From: Octopus sinensis
Lineage: Eukaryota
Assembly: GCF_006345805.1 (NCBI RefSeq)
Contig: NC_043011.1
Coordinates: forward strand, 56,680,464-56,744,463
DNA length: 64,000 nt
Reading direction: 5' to 3'
Shown: positions 1 to 12,033 of the stretch, piece after piece
Numbering within the stretch: position 1 is the stretch's first letter
How the letters are laid out: the number at the start of each line of letters is the position of its first letter
Made by a program: the position numbers and the translations under genes
Notes under the pieces: model-generated
Told to the model about the DNA's origin: nothing
The model's input: the letters and a program-made list of their open reading frames with translations, nothing else
Databases searched by the model: none

Positions 1-539
1 TTTCCAAATGAACTTCTTAGTTTGTATCCCATTATTCAGACATATTTCACTCCATGACTTTGATTAACTCTACAAAATCCAATTTCCAAATTCCATCTGT
101 AGAGTTGACAGCCTCTCAAACTCAGATCTCTCCACTAAACTTCAGACTACTTCTCTCTCAATAACTTGATCTGAAAATGTTAGTTTGATCACAGACAACC
201 GAAGGAGAATATTAACTGTATCAACCTAAGCATCCGTTTCACTCCTCTATATCAAGCAATTCTCGACAAGTTTTCAACAAATAACAACCATTTTGGTTTG
301 GTAAAATCTTAGTTTTTAATTTTAACCATATCATTCAAGGAAATCTAAGTTTTTCTTTTGAGACGTATAAGAAATTACAATGTGTTAAAAAAAAAAAACA
401 GAAATAAGAATGAAAAGATATGATAATATTCTTCGTACATGTTTCTTTTCAAGAATTCTATCTGCAGGAATATGTTTAATATTCTGATTTTATGGGATTA
501 AACAGTTTTGTAAAAGACTATAATTACATGTGCACTCAC

Positions 540-622
540 CTTTTTCTCACATTGCTGTGATAGATTTTCTAATTCTTCCTGCATCACTCTTAACTTTGCT
601 TTTAGAAAACGAATTATGGCTT
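540..622 (-). CDS. TEX9: TEX9 exon (83 nt): [28 protein letters not shown]; gene continues left of the window
   Basis: Acceptor gcatctctttcag, donor GTGAGT; phase 1 to 0. Close to the hallmark TEX9 segment [28 protein letters not shown] (recalled). Confidence 0.93.
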
Positions 623-2243
623 CTGAAAGAGATGCAACCAAATCATTTACAGTAAGCTGTCAATTGTTAACGCCAAAACTAAATGTACATTTTGTTACAT
701 CAGAGAATGCCTGTATTATGGAAACACAAGAGAATAATTGTGTCACAATAAGTCTGTAGTTGCTTTTTATTTATTCAGGTGAATTACAGCTCACTGGCTT
801 TTCACTCTCTGTTTCCTGTGTAGCTGCAAGCTGTACTGACAACATAATGGGCTTACCACCGCCTAGCTTACTTATAACACTCACTTTGACTACCTATCGA
901 TCTGTCTGTCTGCCTGCCTGCCTGTTTGTCTATCTCTGCTTATCTGTCTATTTGTCTGTCTGTCTATCTGTCTATCTGTCTCTGTCTCTCTATCTCTCTC
1001 TCTCTCATACACATCTTCTCTCAGCAATTCTAAATATCTTTGCAAATATTAATTACTTCTGCCAACCACTATGTGCACATCAGGTGGGCACAGAACTGTC
1101 CCCCACCACACACACACACACACACACCTGATTCTAATGATACAAAATTCCCATTTAAAATAACCTAAATTCTAACCGTCCATGAATGACAAAGTTCTTT
1201 CACTAAATTCTTTAATATTTTCAAAATGATTTGCAATGAAGACAAAGTATTTCAATGGAATTATGGTAATAAAAAGGATTTGGAGAACATTTGATAATAA
1301 TTTGATGAAACCAAGTTAAAAAGAACATTTAAAAAAAATTTTTCAAATTTTGGAATTCTGATCTTTAATTTCTTTATTTGTTCCAAAAGCACAGAATGGG
1401 TTATAGTTTGATAAATTCAAATGCAAGAACAGTGATTGATACCCCATTGGAATTGTATTCATGGTGCCAGCATAATAAAAAATTTTCTAGTTTTTGGAGT
1501 CTAGAACCTAATTTCCATAGACAGGAATTTTGAGTGAAAACTCCATGAAGGGTGATATAGCTTGATAAATTCAAATATGAAAATAATGGTTGATACTTTG
1601 ATGGAATCATATTCATGCCAACTTAAAAGAGAAAAATATTCTAAAAACATATTGAAGACACAGGCGTGGGTGAGTGGTTAAGAAGCTTGTTTCACAACCA
1701 GGTGGTCTCGCGTTCAATTCCATTGCATGGTACCTTGGGCAAGAGTCTTTTACTATTGCCTCAGGCTGAACAAAGCTTTGTGAGTAGATTTGGTAGATGG
1801 AAACTGAAAGGATCCCATTTCATATAATGCCTGTATGTTTGTGTATAGCCCTGTCTTGGCATCGTGTAATGGTTGTGTGCCATGAAAAAATATTTTCTTG
1901 CTTAAAAACAGTTGAAGGTTGGTGACAAGAAGGGTATCTGGCTGTAGAAAATCTGCATTAACAAAGTTCATCTGACCCCATTCAAGCATGGAAGAATGGA
2001 TGTTAAAATAATGATGATGATGATGAGGAGAAGGTTAATGAGGAAACAAGAGGTCTAAAGTTTGCAAACTTCCTGTCATTGCTATTTACCAATGCAAACT
2101 GCCACTAGTTTTCTGAGATTCTGCTTTTCTGTCCAACTTCCAAATTTCCAATTTTGCCCCTTGACTGACATGGACTCCATCTCATTGATTGTCAGTGAGA
2201 AAAAGAGGGATAAAAAGAAAAGACAACAGAAGCAAAGTTGTAC

Positions 2244-2443
2244 CTGAGCCTATTTCATTAAGAGTAGGAGGTAGAATATCATCAACTTGCTGTGAGGAGT
2301 CAATAGAAGGGTTCAAATCAGTGTCAGCTTGTTGTTGGTCAGAGATCTGTTGGAAAGTGTCCTGTAGGTCGTTGAGGTACGTTTCATCAGGAACGGCAAC
2401 ATCATCAGCCAGGTTTAATTTTGAACTTGTTGGTTTGGCCCTT
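2244..2443 (-). CDS. TEX9: TEX9 exon (200 nt): RAKPTSSKLNLADDVAVPDETYLNDLQD...DDILPPTLNEIGS
   Basis: Acceptor gtatctttttcag, donor GTACAA; phase 2 to 1. ADDVAVP and DDI...NEIG match recalled human TEX9 ADDVAIP and DDIFSGVSNDIG. Confidence 0.9.
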
Positions 2444-2591
2444 CTGAAAAAGATACATTTAATCACTTGAGTGACAAAGCCCTTTTGCTCTCTCTCTCTA
2501 TATATAAATATAAATAAATAAATATAAAAATATAAATATAATGTATAAAATTTTATTTGATAATTTAAAAATTTCGAATTAATTATTTAAG

Positions 2592-2683
2592 CATCTTACG
2601 ATCGTTTCGCAGAAGAGTTGTCCCTATAATGAAATCCTATATTGATAAGCATTTATAGACAACCCTTCTGCTCTTCAGAGATA
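2592..2683 (-). ncRNA. Minimal type-I hammerhead ribozyme motif with intact core
   Basis: Minus strand: (t)atct-CTGAAGA-GCAGAAGGGTTGTC...GACAACTCTTCTGC-GAA-ACGATCGT-A-agat(g). 14-bp stem II, palindromic stem III, GUA cleavage triplet, 4-5 bp stem I. Confidence 0.8.
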
Positions 2684-2887
2684 TAAAATATGAATATTGT
2701 ATAATATATTGAATGATAATTATTAAAAAAAATTTGAAGTAAAATTGTAAAATGGTGTTTGTTTGAAATGTAAAATAAAAATTAAATATATAAATATTTT
2801 AATAGTATTAAAATTTTTATACAATGGAACACTCAATATAAATTCAGTATATAATATATTCTTATTGAATATATTTACCTAAAGATT

Positions 2888-5090
2888 TATCATCATCATC
2901 ATCATCATCATCATCATTTAACGTCCGCTTTCCATGCTAGCATGGGTTGGACGGTTCAACTGGGGTCTGGGGAGCCCGAAAGCTGCACCAGTCCAGTCAG
3001 ATCTGGCAGTGTTTCTACAGCTGGATGCCCTTCCTAACGCCAACCACTGCGAGAGTGTAGTGGGTGATTTTATGTGCCACCGACACAGGTGCCAGACGAG
3101 GCTGGCAAACGGCCACGCTCGGATGGTGTTTTTTATGTGCACCGACACAGGTGCCAGACGAGGCTGGCAGACGGCCACGCTCGGATGGTGTTTTTATGTG
3201 CCACCGACACAGGTGCCAGATGAGGCTGGCAAACGGCCACGATCGGATGGTGTTTGTTACATGCCCACAGCACGGAGGCCAGTCGATGCGGTACTGGCTA
3301 CGGCCACGTTCGGATGGTTATCTTGTGTGCCACGTGCCACCAGCACTGGTACCACAAAGATACAAATTCCATTGATGTTCATCTATTTTGACTTGTTTTG
3401 ATTTTCACTTGCCTCAACAGGTCTTCACAAGTGTCACAAGAAGGAAGGTATGCACAGGTGGACTGACTACGTCCCAGGTAGGGGCCACAGGTTATGGCCT
3501 GACTAGTCTTGCCGGGTCTTCGGATGGTGTTTTTATGTGCCACCGACACAGGTGCCAGATGAGGCTGGCGAACGGTCACGATCGGATGGTGTTTGTTACG
3601 TGCCCACAGCACGGAGGCCAGTCGGTGCAGTACTGGCTACGGCCACGTTCGGATGGTTTTCTTGTGTGCCACCGGCACTGGTACCACAAAGATACAATTC
3701 CATTAATGTTCATCTATTTTGATTTGTTTTGATTTGATTTGATTTGATTTGTTTTGATTTCATTTTGATTTTCACTTGCCTCAACAGGCCTTCACAAGTA
3801 TCACAAGGAGGAAGGTATGCACAGGTGGACTGACTGCGTCCCAGGTAGGGGCCATGGGATATAGCCTGACTAGTCTTGCCGGGTCTTCGGATGGTGTTTT
3901 TATGTGCCACCGACACAGGTGCTAGATGAGGCTGGCGAACGGCCACGATCGGATGGTGTTTGTTATGTGCCCACAGCACGATGGCCAGTCGATGCGGTAC
4001 TGACTACGGCCACGTTCGGATGGATTCTTGTGTGCCACAGGCACTGGTACCACAAAGATACAAATTCCATTCATGTTCATCTATTTTGATTTGATTTGAT
4101 TTTGATTTTCACTTGCCTCAACAGGTCTTCACAAGTGTCACAAGAAGGAAGGTATGCACAGGTGGACTGACTAGTCTTGCCGGGTCTTCGGAAGGTGTTT
4201 TTTATGTGCCACCGACACAGGTGCCAGATGAGGCTGGCGAACGGCCATGATCGGATGGTGTTTGTTACGTGCCCACAGCACGGAGGCCGGTCGATGCGGA
4301 ACTGGCTACGGCCACGTTCGGATGGTTCTCTTGTGTGCCACCGGCACTGGTACCACAAAGATACAGATTCCATTGATGTTCATCTATTTTGATTTGTTTT
4401 GATTTTGATTTTCACTTGCCTCAACAGCTCTTCACAAGTGTCACAAGAAGGAAGGTATGCACAGGTGGACTGACTACGTCCCAGGTAGGGGCCATGGGTT
4501 ATGGCCTGACTAGTCTTGCCGGGTCTTCGGATGGTGTTTTTATGTGCCACCGACACAGGTGCTAGATGAGGCTGGCCAACGGCCACGATCGGATGGTGTT
4601 TGTCATGCGCCCACAGCACGGAGGCCAGTCGATGCGGTACTGGCTACGGCCACTTTCGGATGGTTTTCTCTTGTGTGCCACCGGCACTGGTACCACAAAG
4701 ATACAAATTCCATTGATGTTCACCTATTTTGATTTTTGATTTGTTTTGATTTGATTTTGATTTTCACTTGCCTCAACAGGCCTTCACAAGTATCACAAGG
4801 AGGAAGGTATGCACAGGTGGACTGACTACGTCCCAGGTAGGGGCCATGGGTTATGGCCTGACTAGTCTTGCCGGGTCTTCGGATGGTGTTTTTATGTGCC
4901 ACCGACACAGGTGCTAGATGAGGCTGGCGAACGGCCACGATCGGATGGTGTTTGTTATGTGCCCACAGCACGATGGCCAGTGATGCGGTACTGACTACGG
5001 CCACGTTCGGATGGATTCTTGTGTGCCACCGGCACTGGTACCACAAAGATACAAATTCCATTGATGTTCATCTATTTTGATTTGTTTTGA
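2888..5090 (-). repeat. Tandem array derived from an RTE LINE 3' end: about six 300-370 bp units containing ~60-bp subrepeats
   Basis: The marker gatacaaattcc recurs at about 3359, 3691, 4057, 4360, 4700 and 5048. (CAT)n tail at 2888-2917. The same sequence is contiguous with RTE ORF2 at 58620-60300. Confidence 0.85.
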
Positions 5091-5336
5091 TGCCCCCTAA
5101 GAAGGTGTTAACCAGTAACTTACTGGTTCAGCAAATGAAGACTTATCGAAGAAATACTAGACTTAAAAATGAAATAAATACTGGGGTTGATTTGTTTAAC
5201 TAAAACTATTCAAAGTGGTGCCCCAGCATGGCCACATTCCAATGACTGAAACAAATAAAAGTCAAAAAAATTAAAGAGAGAATCCAAACAAATGAAGTTG
5301 GAAAAAGAAAAAGGAAAATGAAATAAAATTCCTTAC

Positions 5337-5407
5337 GTGGACGAGACTTTGTGTTTTGTTGAGTTTTGTTGATGTGGAGAAACGCTTGGTTTTGCTGCAG
5401 AGTTCAT
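5337..5407 (-). CDS. TEX9: TEX9 exon (71 nt): MNSAAKPSVSPHQQNSTKHKVSS(T)
   Basis: Acceptor ttctacttcttctcataaccag, donor GTAAGG; phase 0 to 2, matching the next exon. Confidence 0.82.
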
Positions 5408-6747
5408 CTGGTTATGAGAAGAAGTAGAAAAGAATTGAGTGAAGCTGCTAAAGTTTAACATGGAAAATCAAATAATGAATAGCAGAAACATCTTCAATAG
5501 ACGTAGAAACCAGTTGTATTTTTATGTGTAAATGCTCTCTAAGAAGTGAAGGCACATGGCTCTGTGGTTATAGCGTCAAGCTTATGATCGTGAGGTTGTG
5601 AGTTTGAATCCCGGACGGGGCTGCATGTTGTGTTCTTGAATAAGACACTTTATTTCACATTGCTCCAGTTCACTCAGCCGTAGAAATGAGTTGCGACATC
5701 ACATGTGCCAAGCTGTATCGGCCTTTGCTTTTCCCCTGGATAACACTGGTAGCATGGAGAGGGGAGGCTGGCATGCATGGGCGACTGCTGGTCTTCCATA
5801 AAAAATGCAACCTTGCCCAGACTTGTGCCTGGGAGGGTAACTTTCTAGGTGTAATCCCATGGTCAGTCATGACTGAAGGGGGTCTCAGCCCTCTAAGATG
5901 AGCCTCTGTTGTTCATCATGGGGCAGACCGGCTTCAGTTTCAAGAGTGCAATTTTAACTGAGAGACTTTCTTAAATTATTGCTAATTTATAAAGTAAAGT
6001 TATGTCTGATAAAAGAGTTCTCACAAAGAGAACTATTTGATATAAATATTGGTAATAATAATAGTACTGCCTAACTAGCCCTTGTGCCGGTGGCACATAA
6101 AAGCACCCACTACACTCTGGGAGTTATGGGCATTAGGAAAGGTATCAAGCTGTAGAAACTCTGCCAGATCAGATTGAAGCCTGGTCCAGCCATCTGGCTT
6201 GCCAGTCCTCAGTCAACCCATCCAACCTATGCCAGCATGGAAAGTGGACATTAAACAATGAATAAGGATAATAATAATTCTTTCTACTGGAAGCACAAGG
6301 CCTCAAATTTGGGGGAAGGGATTAAGTCGATTACATCGACCCCAGTGAGTAACTGTTACTTATTTCATCTACCCCAAAAAGTTGAAAGGCAAAGTTGACC
6401 TCGGCGGAATTTGAATTCCTAATGTAGTGACAGACGAACTACTGGTATCCATTTCGCCTGGTTTACTAAAAATGTTGCCACCTCACCACCTTAATAATAA
6501 TAATATTAGTCAGATAAAAAGGAAGGAATTGTTCCTTTATTTATTTAGAGATTCAGAAAGCCTTCAAAATTTTCCAAGCATTTGAAATGGATTGGAAAGA
6601 AATAAAATAAAGAAAAATAAAGTAAAAAAAACTTTATTTACTTTCTGTACCTCTATGGAAATAGTTTTTTTTTTACATTATTTTTCTTTATTTAGTTTTA
6701 TTTCATTCTTATTTCATTTCCTTAGGAAATTTAGACTTTCTGTGCCT

Positions 6748-6779
<32 letters not shown>

Positions 6780-6924
6780 AGACTAAGGAGCAATTCTCTC
6801 ATTTCTTCTGACTGACCTTTATTGTATGTATGTATGTATGCATGCATACACACATGCAAGAATGCATGTATATGTGTATATATAATTAGCTTATTTCAGC
6901 TAATTATATATACACATATACATC

Positions 6925-7352
6925 AGCTTTATTCTTTTACTCTTTTATTTGTTTCACTCATTTGAGTGTGGCCATGCTGGAGCACCGCCTTTAGTCGAGC
7001 AAATTGATTCCAGGACTTATTCTTTATAAGCCTAGCACTTATTGTATCAGTCTCTTTTGCTGAACCACTAAGTTACAGGGACGTAAACACACCAGCATCG
7101 GTTGTCAAGCAATGTTGGGGGGGGGGACAACACAGGCACACAAACATATATACACACACACATACATATATATATATATACATATATATGACGGGCTTCT
7201 TTCAGTTTCCATCAACCAAATCTACTCACAAGGCTTTGGTCAGCCCGAGGCTATAGTAGAAGACACTTGGCCAAGGTGTCACGCAGTGGAACTGAACCCG
7301 GAACCATGTGGTTCGTAAGCAAGCTACTTACTACACAGCCACTCCTATGCCT
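6925..7352 (-). mobile_element. tRNA-head SINE (dominant family), full length
   Basis: Head ggctgtgtagtaagtagcttgctt..ccacatggttccgggttcagttccactgcgtgacacc. Other copies at about 1657, 9270, 10530, 12034, 18640, 21400, 22104, 31160, 33445, 34700, 43380, 50460, 52440 and 61700. Confidence 0.85.
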
Positions 7353-7432
7353 ATATCAACAACTATTTCCGTATTTCATCCACCCACACTGAAATAAATC
7401 ATGTCAGACAATGAACAAAATTCATATTTTAC

Positions 7433-7505
7433 CTTTGACTGAGACTTCGAGGCAGATACACCATAATCTCCTGCATCATCACCAAAATCCTCATCCTCAA
7501 GGTCT
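7433..7505 (-). CDS. TEX9: TEX9 exon (73 nt): DLEDEDFGDDAGDYGVSASKSQSK
   Basis: Acceptor cattgacag, donor GTAAAA; phase 2 to 0; open frame. Confidence 0.82.
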
Positions 7506-7544
7506 CTGTCAATGAATATTATCATATATATCTATCTATATATA

Positions 7545-7830
7545 CATTTGAAATTTACAAAAAAACAAAAGACTAAGACAGGTTTATTAACAACAAGCAG
7601 GTGTATTAGTTTGACACTCAGGAAAGTGAGAAAGTCTTTTATGTTTTGAGCCTATGCTCTTCAACAGAAAGTAATAAGAGAAAATAGAGAGAGAATAAAA
7701 AAACTTGTGGATTTAGCGATCAATCATGGCAACTGGTTGGAAAAAGGTAGTTGGACAGGAGAGCTAGGAAGAAGGGGAGATAATAAAGTACTGGTGCTCC
7801 CAAAATGAAGGTGTGTATGTGTGAGAATGT
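7545..7830 (-). mobile_element. Related hammerhead-bearing repeat in a TEX9 intron
   Basis: Same layout and the same downstream motif as 60500-60720; TA-rich flanks. Confidence 0.4.
7636..7671 (-). ncRNA. Decayed hammerhead motif (core mutated)
   Basis: cttt-CTGTTGA-A-GAGC(atag)GCTC-AAA-ACAT-A-aaag. Stems I and II intact; core altered, with two changes consistent with CpG decay. Confidence 0.5.
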
Positions 7831-7992
7831 GTAAGTGTATGCATGTGGATATATATATATATATATTTATATACATGAATAATTTAGATACAGACAAGAT
7901 AAAACATAGAATGAAGACATCAGCAAACTATGTACAGGTTGCATGGAAGTGCTTAACAAAACTTATACAGGATCCACATCCTGTTAATTTAA

Positions 7993-8200
7993 CCTATCAA
8001 GTCCCACTGTCCTATAAATAGGACACTGAGAATGTTAAATAAGCTGTATCACATTGTCTCAGTGTCCTATTTATAGGACACCGAATATTTCAATTTCTAC
8101 TTGAAGTAAAGGAGTTTTAATAATTAATTTTTTTCATTTTAAAATCTGTAAAAATTTAAAAGTAATATTCAAACATTTAAGTATTCTGGGACTTAATGGG
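7993..8200. mobile_element. piggyBac-type MITE (TTAA target)
   Basis: ttaa|cctatcaagtccca ... tgggacttaatggg|ttaa; internal inverted repeats. Confidence 0.7.
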
Positions 8201-8796
8201 TTAAAAGAGAATGAATGCACAAGACAAAGTAGATTTTCTTGTCCTCCTCCTCCTCTCTACCACCACCACCACCACCACAATGATCATCATCTTTTAACGT
8301 CCATATTCCATGCTGGCATGGGTGGAATGGTGTGACCGGATTCAATGGATCAAAGAACAGCATCACGTCCTACTGTTTGCTTTAGTTTCTACAGCCAGAT
8401 ATCTAATTTTCTAATGCCAACCACTTTGCAGAGTGCATTGGGTGCCTTTTCCATGGTACCAGCACTAGTGAGGTCATCACTTTCAACTGTGTAAGACCAC
8501 AGTAGAGAAAGGGGCAGGTTTATTTTAGGAGATAAGGAGAAGTATGAGGGGCCAAGGAGTAGCCAGAAGGAAACAAAAATAGAGGTGATGAGATGTGATG
8601 GTGGACCCTCAAGGTGAGAGAGGACAGGAGGATAGGGAGTGGATGGGTGAGAAGAGGGTGCATGAGTGTATGGGGAGAGTGAGAGGCGGTCAGAGATAGG
8701 GCATGGGTGGAGACAGGATGGTTATGGCTGAAGTATTTTAGATCAGAAATCAACTTGACCAGGGTTGACCCAGGGCTAAAAAACAACAAAACTTAC

Positions 8797-8906
8797 TGTA
8801 GAAATTCATCAGGGTTTATATGATCCAGCAAGTTGGATGTGATGTGTGATGTTTCCAGATTAATTAAACCAACTCTACTCTCTGAAACATCCACGGGTTG
8901 ATCTTT
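8797..8906 (-). CDS. TEX9: TEX9 exon (110 nt): KDQPVDVSESRVGLINLETSHITSNLLDHINPDEFL(Q)
   Basis: Acceptor ttatgtttctttgcag, donor GTAAGT; phase 0 to 2, which exactly bridges the flanking exons. Confidence 0.82.
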
Positions 8907-9855
8907 CTGCAAAGAAACATAAAACCAAACTTTTAATTCTTTTATGAAACTGTGGCCATGCTGGGTTTCAGACCATCACCGCCACCATCACCACCACCAC
9001 TATCATCATCATCATTATCAGTAACAGCAGCATCATTTCAGTGTTCACTTTTCCATGGTGGCAAAGGCCAGATGGAACTTGTTGAGGTGGGATTTTCTAC
9101 AGACAGATACCGTTCCAGTCACTCAACCCTCACCTGTTCCCAGGCAAGGTAGCATTTCCCCATAACCAGACATGTTTTCATGGAAGTTAGAAATGATTGC
9201 CTGCATGATGGTGATACTCGTTTACAACCATCATGTTAAAGCAAGGAAATAATAACATACGCACACACTCACGCACACAACAGGCTTCTTTCAGTTTCCA
9301 CCGACCAAATCCACTCACAAGTAGATTTGATCAGTGGAAACCGAAAGAAGCTTGAGGCTATAGTAGAAAACACTTGGCCAACATGTCATGCAGACAAACT
9401 GAATGTGGAACCATGTGGCTGGGGATTAAATTTCTTACCACATAGCCATGCCTGCACCTATACACCTCTGTGTCTATATGTACATGTGTGTGTGTGTGTA
9501 TACATTTGTTATGTGTAAACAGACATGGAACAGCACCAGTTTCAATATTTTGTCTCAGAGAAACTTCCAAAAGAGATGTTTGTATTAAAAGATATGGCTT
9601 TGATTAGAAGCCTGTTGGAAGTGTTGTGACCTGAGGAAGCCATCAGTTTCTCAGACAGAAAGAGTCTTGTGAGACTGCAAAGACAGGGTTCCATTTCAAT
9701 ACTAGAAATATTACACATGGCAAGGTTAGTCACTTGCCATACAACCCTCCGCTGTAGCATTCCTGCAAACTGGCATTTTGGTTAACCATTCTTTGCAACG
9801 ATTCCTGTAAGGAGGCCAGGAATTTGCATGGAATATTTGCAAACATATCACTCAC

Positions 9856-9919
9856 TATTAGTCCCTCGGCTTCTCTAACCAAATAAGCAGTCCGAGCTTC
9901 AAGTTCCGCATTCAGTTCT
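9856..9919 (-). CDS. TEX9: TEX9 exon (64 nt): (Q)ELNAELEARTAYLVREAEGLI
   Basis: Acceptor cattttctttaccag, donor GTGAGT; phase 2 to 0. Similar to human TEX9 [21 protein letters not shown] (recalled). Confidence 0.9.
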
Positions 9920-10656
9920 CTGGTAAAGAAAATGAAATATCAGTTATTACAGTAAAATAAATATCAGATATGTAACAGAATATTTAAGACATGTCAGATA
10001 CATAATACAATATGAGTAAATATCAGATATAGGGCAGTGAGCTGGCAGAATCATTAGCATGCCAGGCAAATTGTTTCAGTCTTAAGTAAATAAGTACTAG
10101 AGGTAAATGGTATTCCAGTGAGGGTCTTATTTGACTTATTGTAACATTATATGGCATTAGAAGATGATCAGAACAATCCTCTTCCTCATTATTGGTTAAG
10201 TGTTGGAATTATGAAACAGCATGGAAGAGCCATTTTAGCAATCACCATCGTCATCATTACCATCGCTGTCATCATCATCATTTTAACGCCCTTTTCCATG
10301 CTTGCATCGGTCAAAGTTTGTTGAGACAGATTTTCTATGGCGAGATGCCATTCCTGTCACCAGCAGTGACCTCCTGCTTTCAAGCCAGGTGATATTCCCC
10401 CATTGCCAGGCATTTTCTCACAGAATATTGGAAATGAACAATACTGCTTGTATAACAGTGACACTCTTTTACAACTATCACATAATGTCATGACAAGGAG
10501 ACACAAACATACACAACAGTCATATATATACATATATGACAGGTTTCCTTCAGTTTTCCATCTACTAAATTCACTGACAAAGCTTTGGTCAACTTGGAAC
10601 TGTAGTAGAAGAGACTTATTTGCCCAAGGTGCCATGCAGTAGGACCGAACCTGAAA

Positions 10657-10854
10657 CCTTGAAGAATTTTTAGTCGAATGAATTGAGACCAGCCCTTCTT
10701 TTCTTTTTTTTTAAAGCCTGGTGCTTATTCTATCTGTTCCTTTTGCTGAACCACTAAGTTAACTCATGAACTAATCACAATACACAATCCTTCCTACCCA
10801 TCTCATCGTCTTTCTGGAATCTCCTGCTATTTGGCTGCTATTTCATGTACATCA
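10657..10854 (+). repeat. 198-bp direct copy of 11409-11606 inserted inside a SINE
   Basis: About 96% identity by eye; interrupts the SINE motif gaaacc|atgtggttgggaagc. Confidence 0.9.
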
Positions 10855-11149
10855 TGTGGTTGGGAAGCAGACTTCTTAACCAAAAAGCCACACCTGCATC
10901 TATTTGACAGACTTTGTGTATCAAAATATTCACCCCCCCTCCCTGCCTGCTCTCCCCAATCTGGTTACTCGTTCACTGAAGTGTGATGGAAATTTTGACA
11001 CTTCAAGAAATAAATGAAAAGTGAATTTAACAGTTTTTGTGTGATTTTAGATGGTTAAAAGTGTTGCTTCCATAATGTAATTGCTTCTGTTTCAACATCT
11101 GGTCCCTGACCGAATCATCTGCCAGACAAATACAACTCTGAAGTTTCAA

Positions 11150-11190
<41 letters not shown>

Positions 11191-12033
11191 TAGCATTGAA
11201 GTTCCTGTCAAAGACTGAGCTTACGGATTTACTTCTACTACAGACCTGGCAACAACACACGTATGAAAATACCTTGGAAGTTTCTATTCGTTAGCTAATG
11301 ATGTTAAAACAAAGAAATACCACTGTTAGATTACAGAAGAAATATATATATATATATAATCTTTCTTTTAGTTGTTTAAGTCATTAGACTGGCCATGCTG
11401 GAGTAGTGCCTTGAAGAATTTTTAGTCGAATGAATTGAGACCAGCCCTTCTTTTCTTTTTTTTTAAAGCCTGGTGCTTATTCTATCTGTTCCTTTTGCTG
11501 AACCACTAGGTTAACTCCTGAACTAATCACAATACACAATCCTTCCTACCCACCTCACCATCTTTCGGGAATCTCCTGCTATTTGGCTGCTATTTCATGT
11601 ACATCAAGTGACCACATAGCAGCTCTATGGCTGGCTTCTGTAGCCATTGGCTCATTCATATCTACATAAATATTTGTCAGTCTTTGTGAAGTTTGTAAGA
11701 AACGACAGAACTCTATCTGCAAATTGTTTACAATTTGTTCATTAAAACTTTGTGACCTTGTTGGTTGTTGTTTCGCTCAATCAAATGTGAACAAAGAATC
11801 CAGAGGTTAGAAATTATGAACTTGATATTATTTGTAACTTGAAGGTTTTCATCTCAAAATTACTTCACAGAAACATTAAATGTTTTCATACATAGAAACT
11901 AATTAATTTGCAAAATATACACTCGCTTACGTAATCAAAAATATAACGATTACAAAAGTGAGAACTGAATTGACAAAAGAGAGAAGGTGTTTATACCATT
12001 TGCTCATGGATGTTTAGTTTCAATCCACTGAAG

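Noticed and set aside
1-170. Acceptor-like site at 171 as the next TEX9 exon
   Set aside because: Early stops in all three frames.
770-838. Possible extra TEX9 exon (QLAATQETESEKPVSCNSPE-stop)
   Set aside because: Weak acceptor, not phase-symmetric as a cassette, and the conserved downstream exon at 540-622 joins 2244 directly.
2918-5061. Regularly spaced repeats that superficially resemble a CRISPR array, and the many ORFs within them
   Set aside because: Eukaryotic context, no unique spacers, and the units match the RTE 3' end seen at 58.6-59.1 kb.
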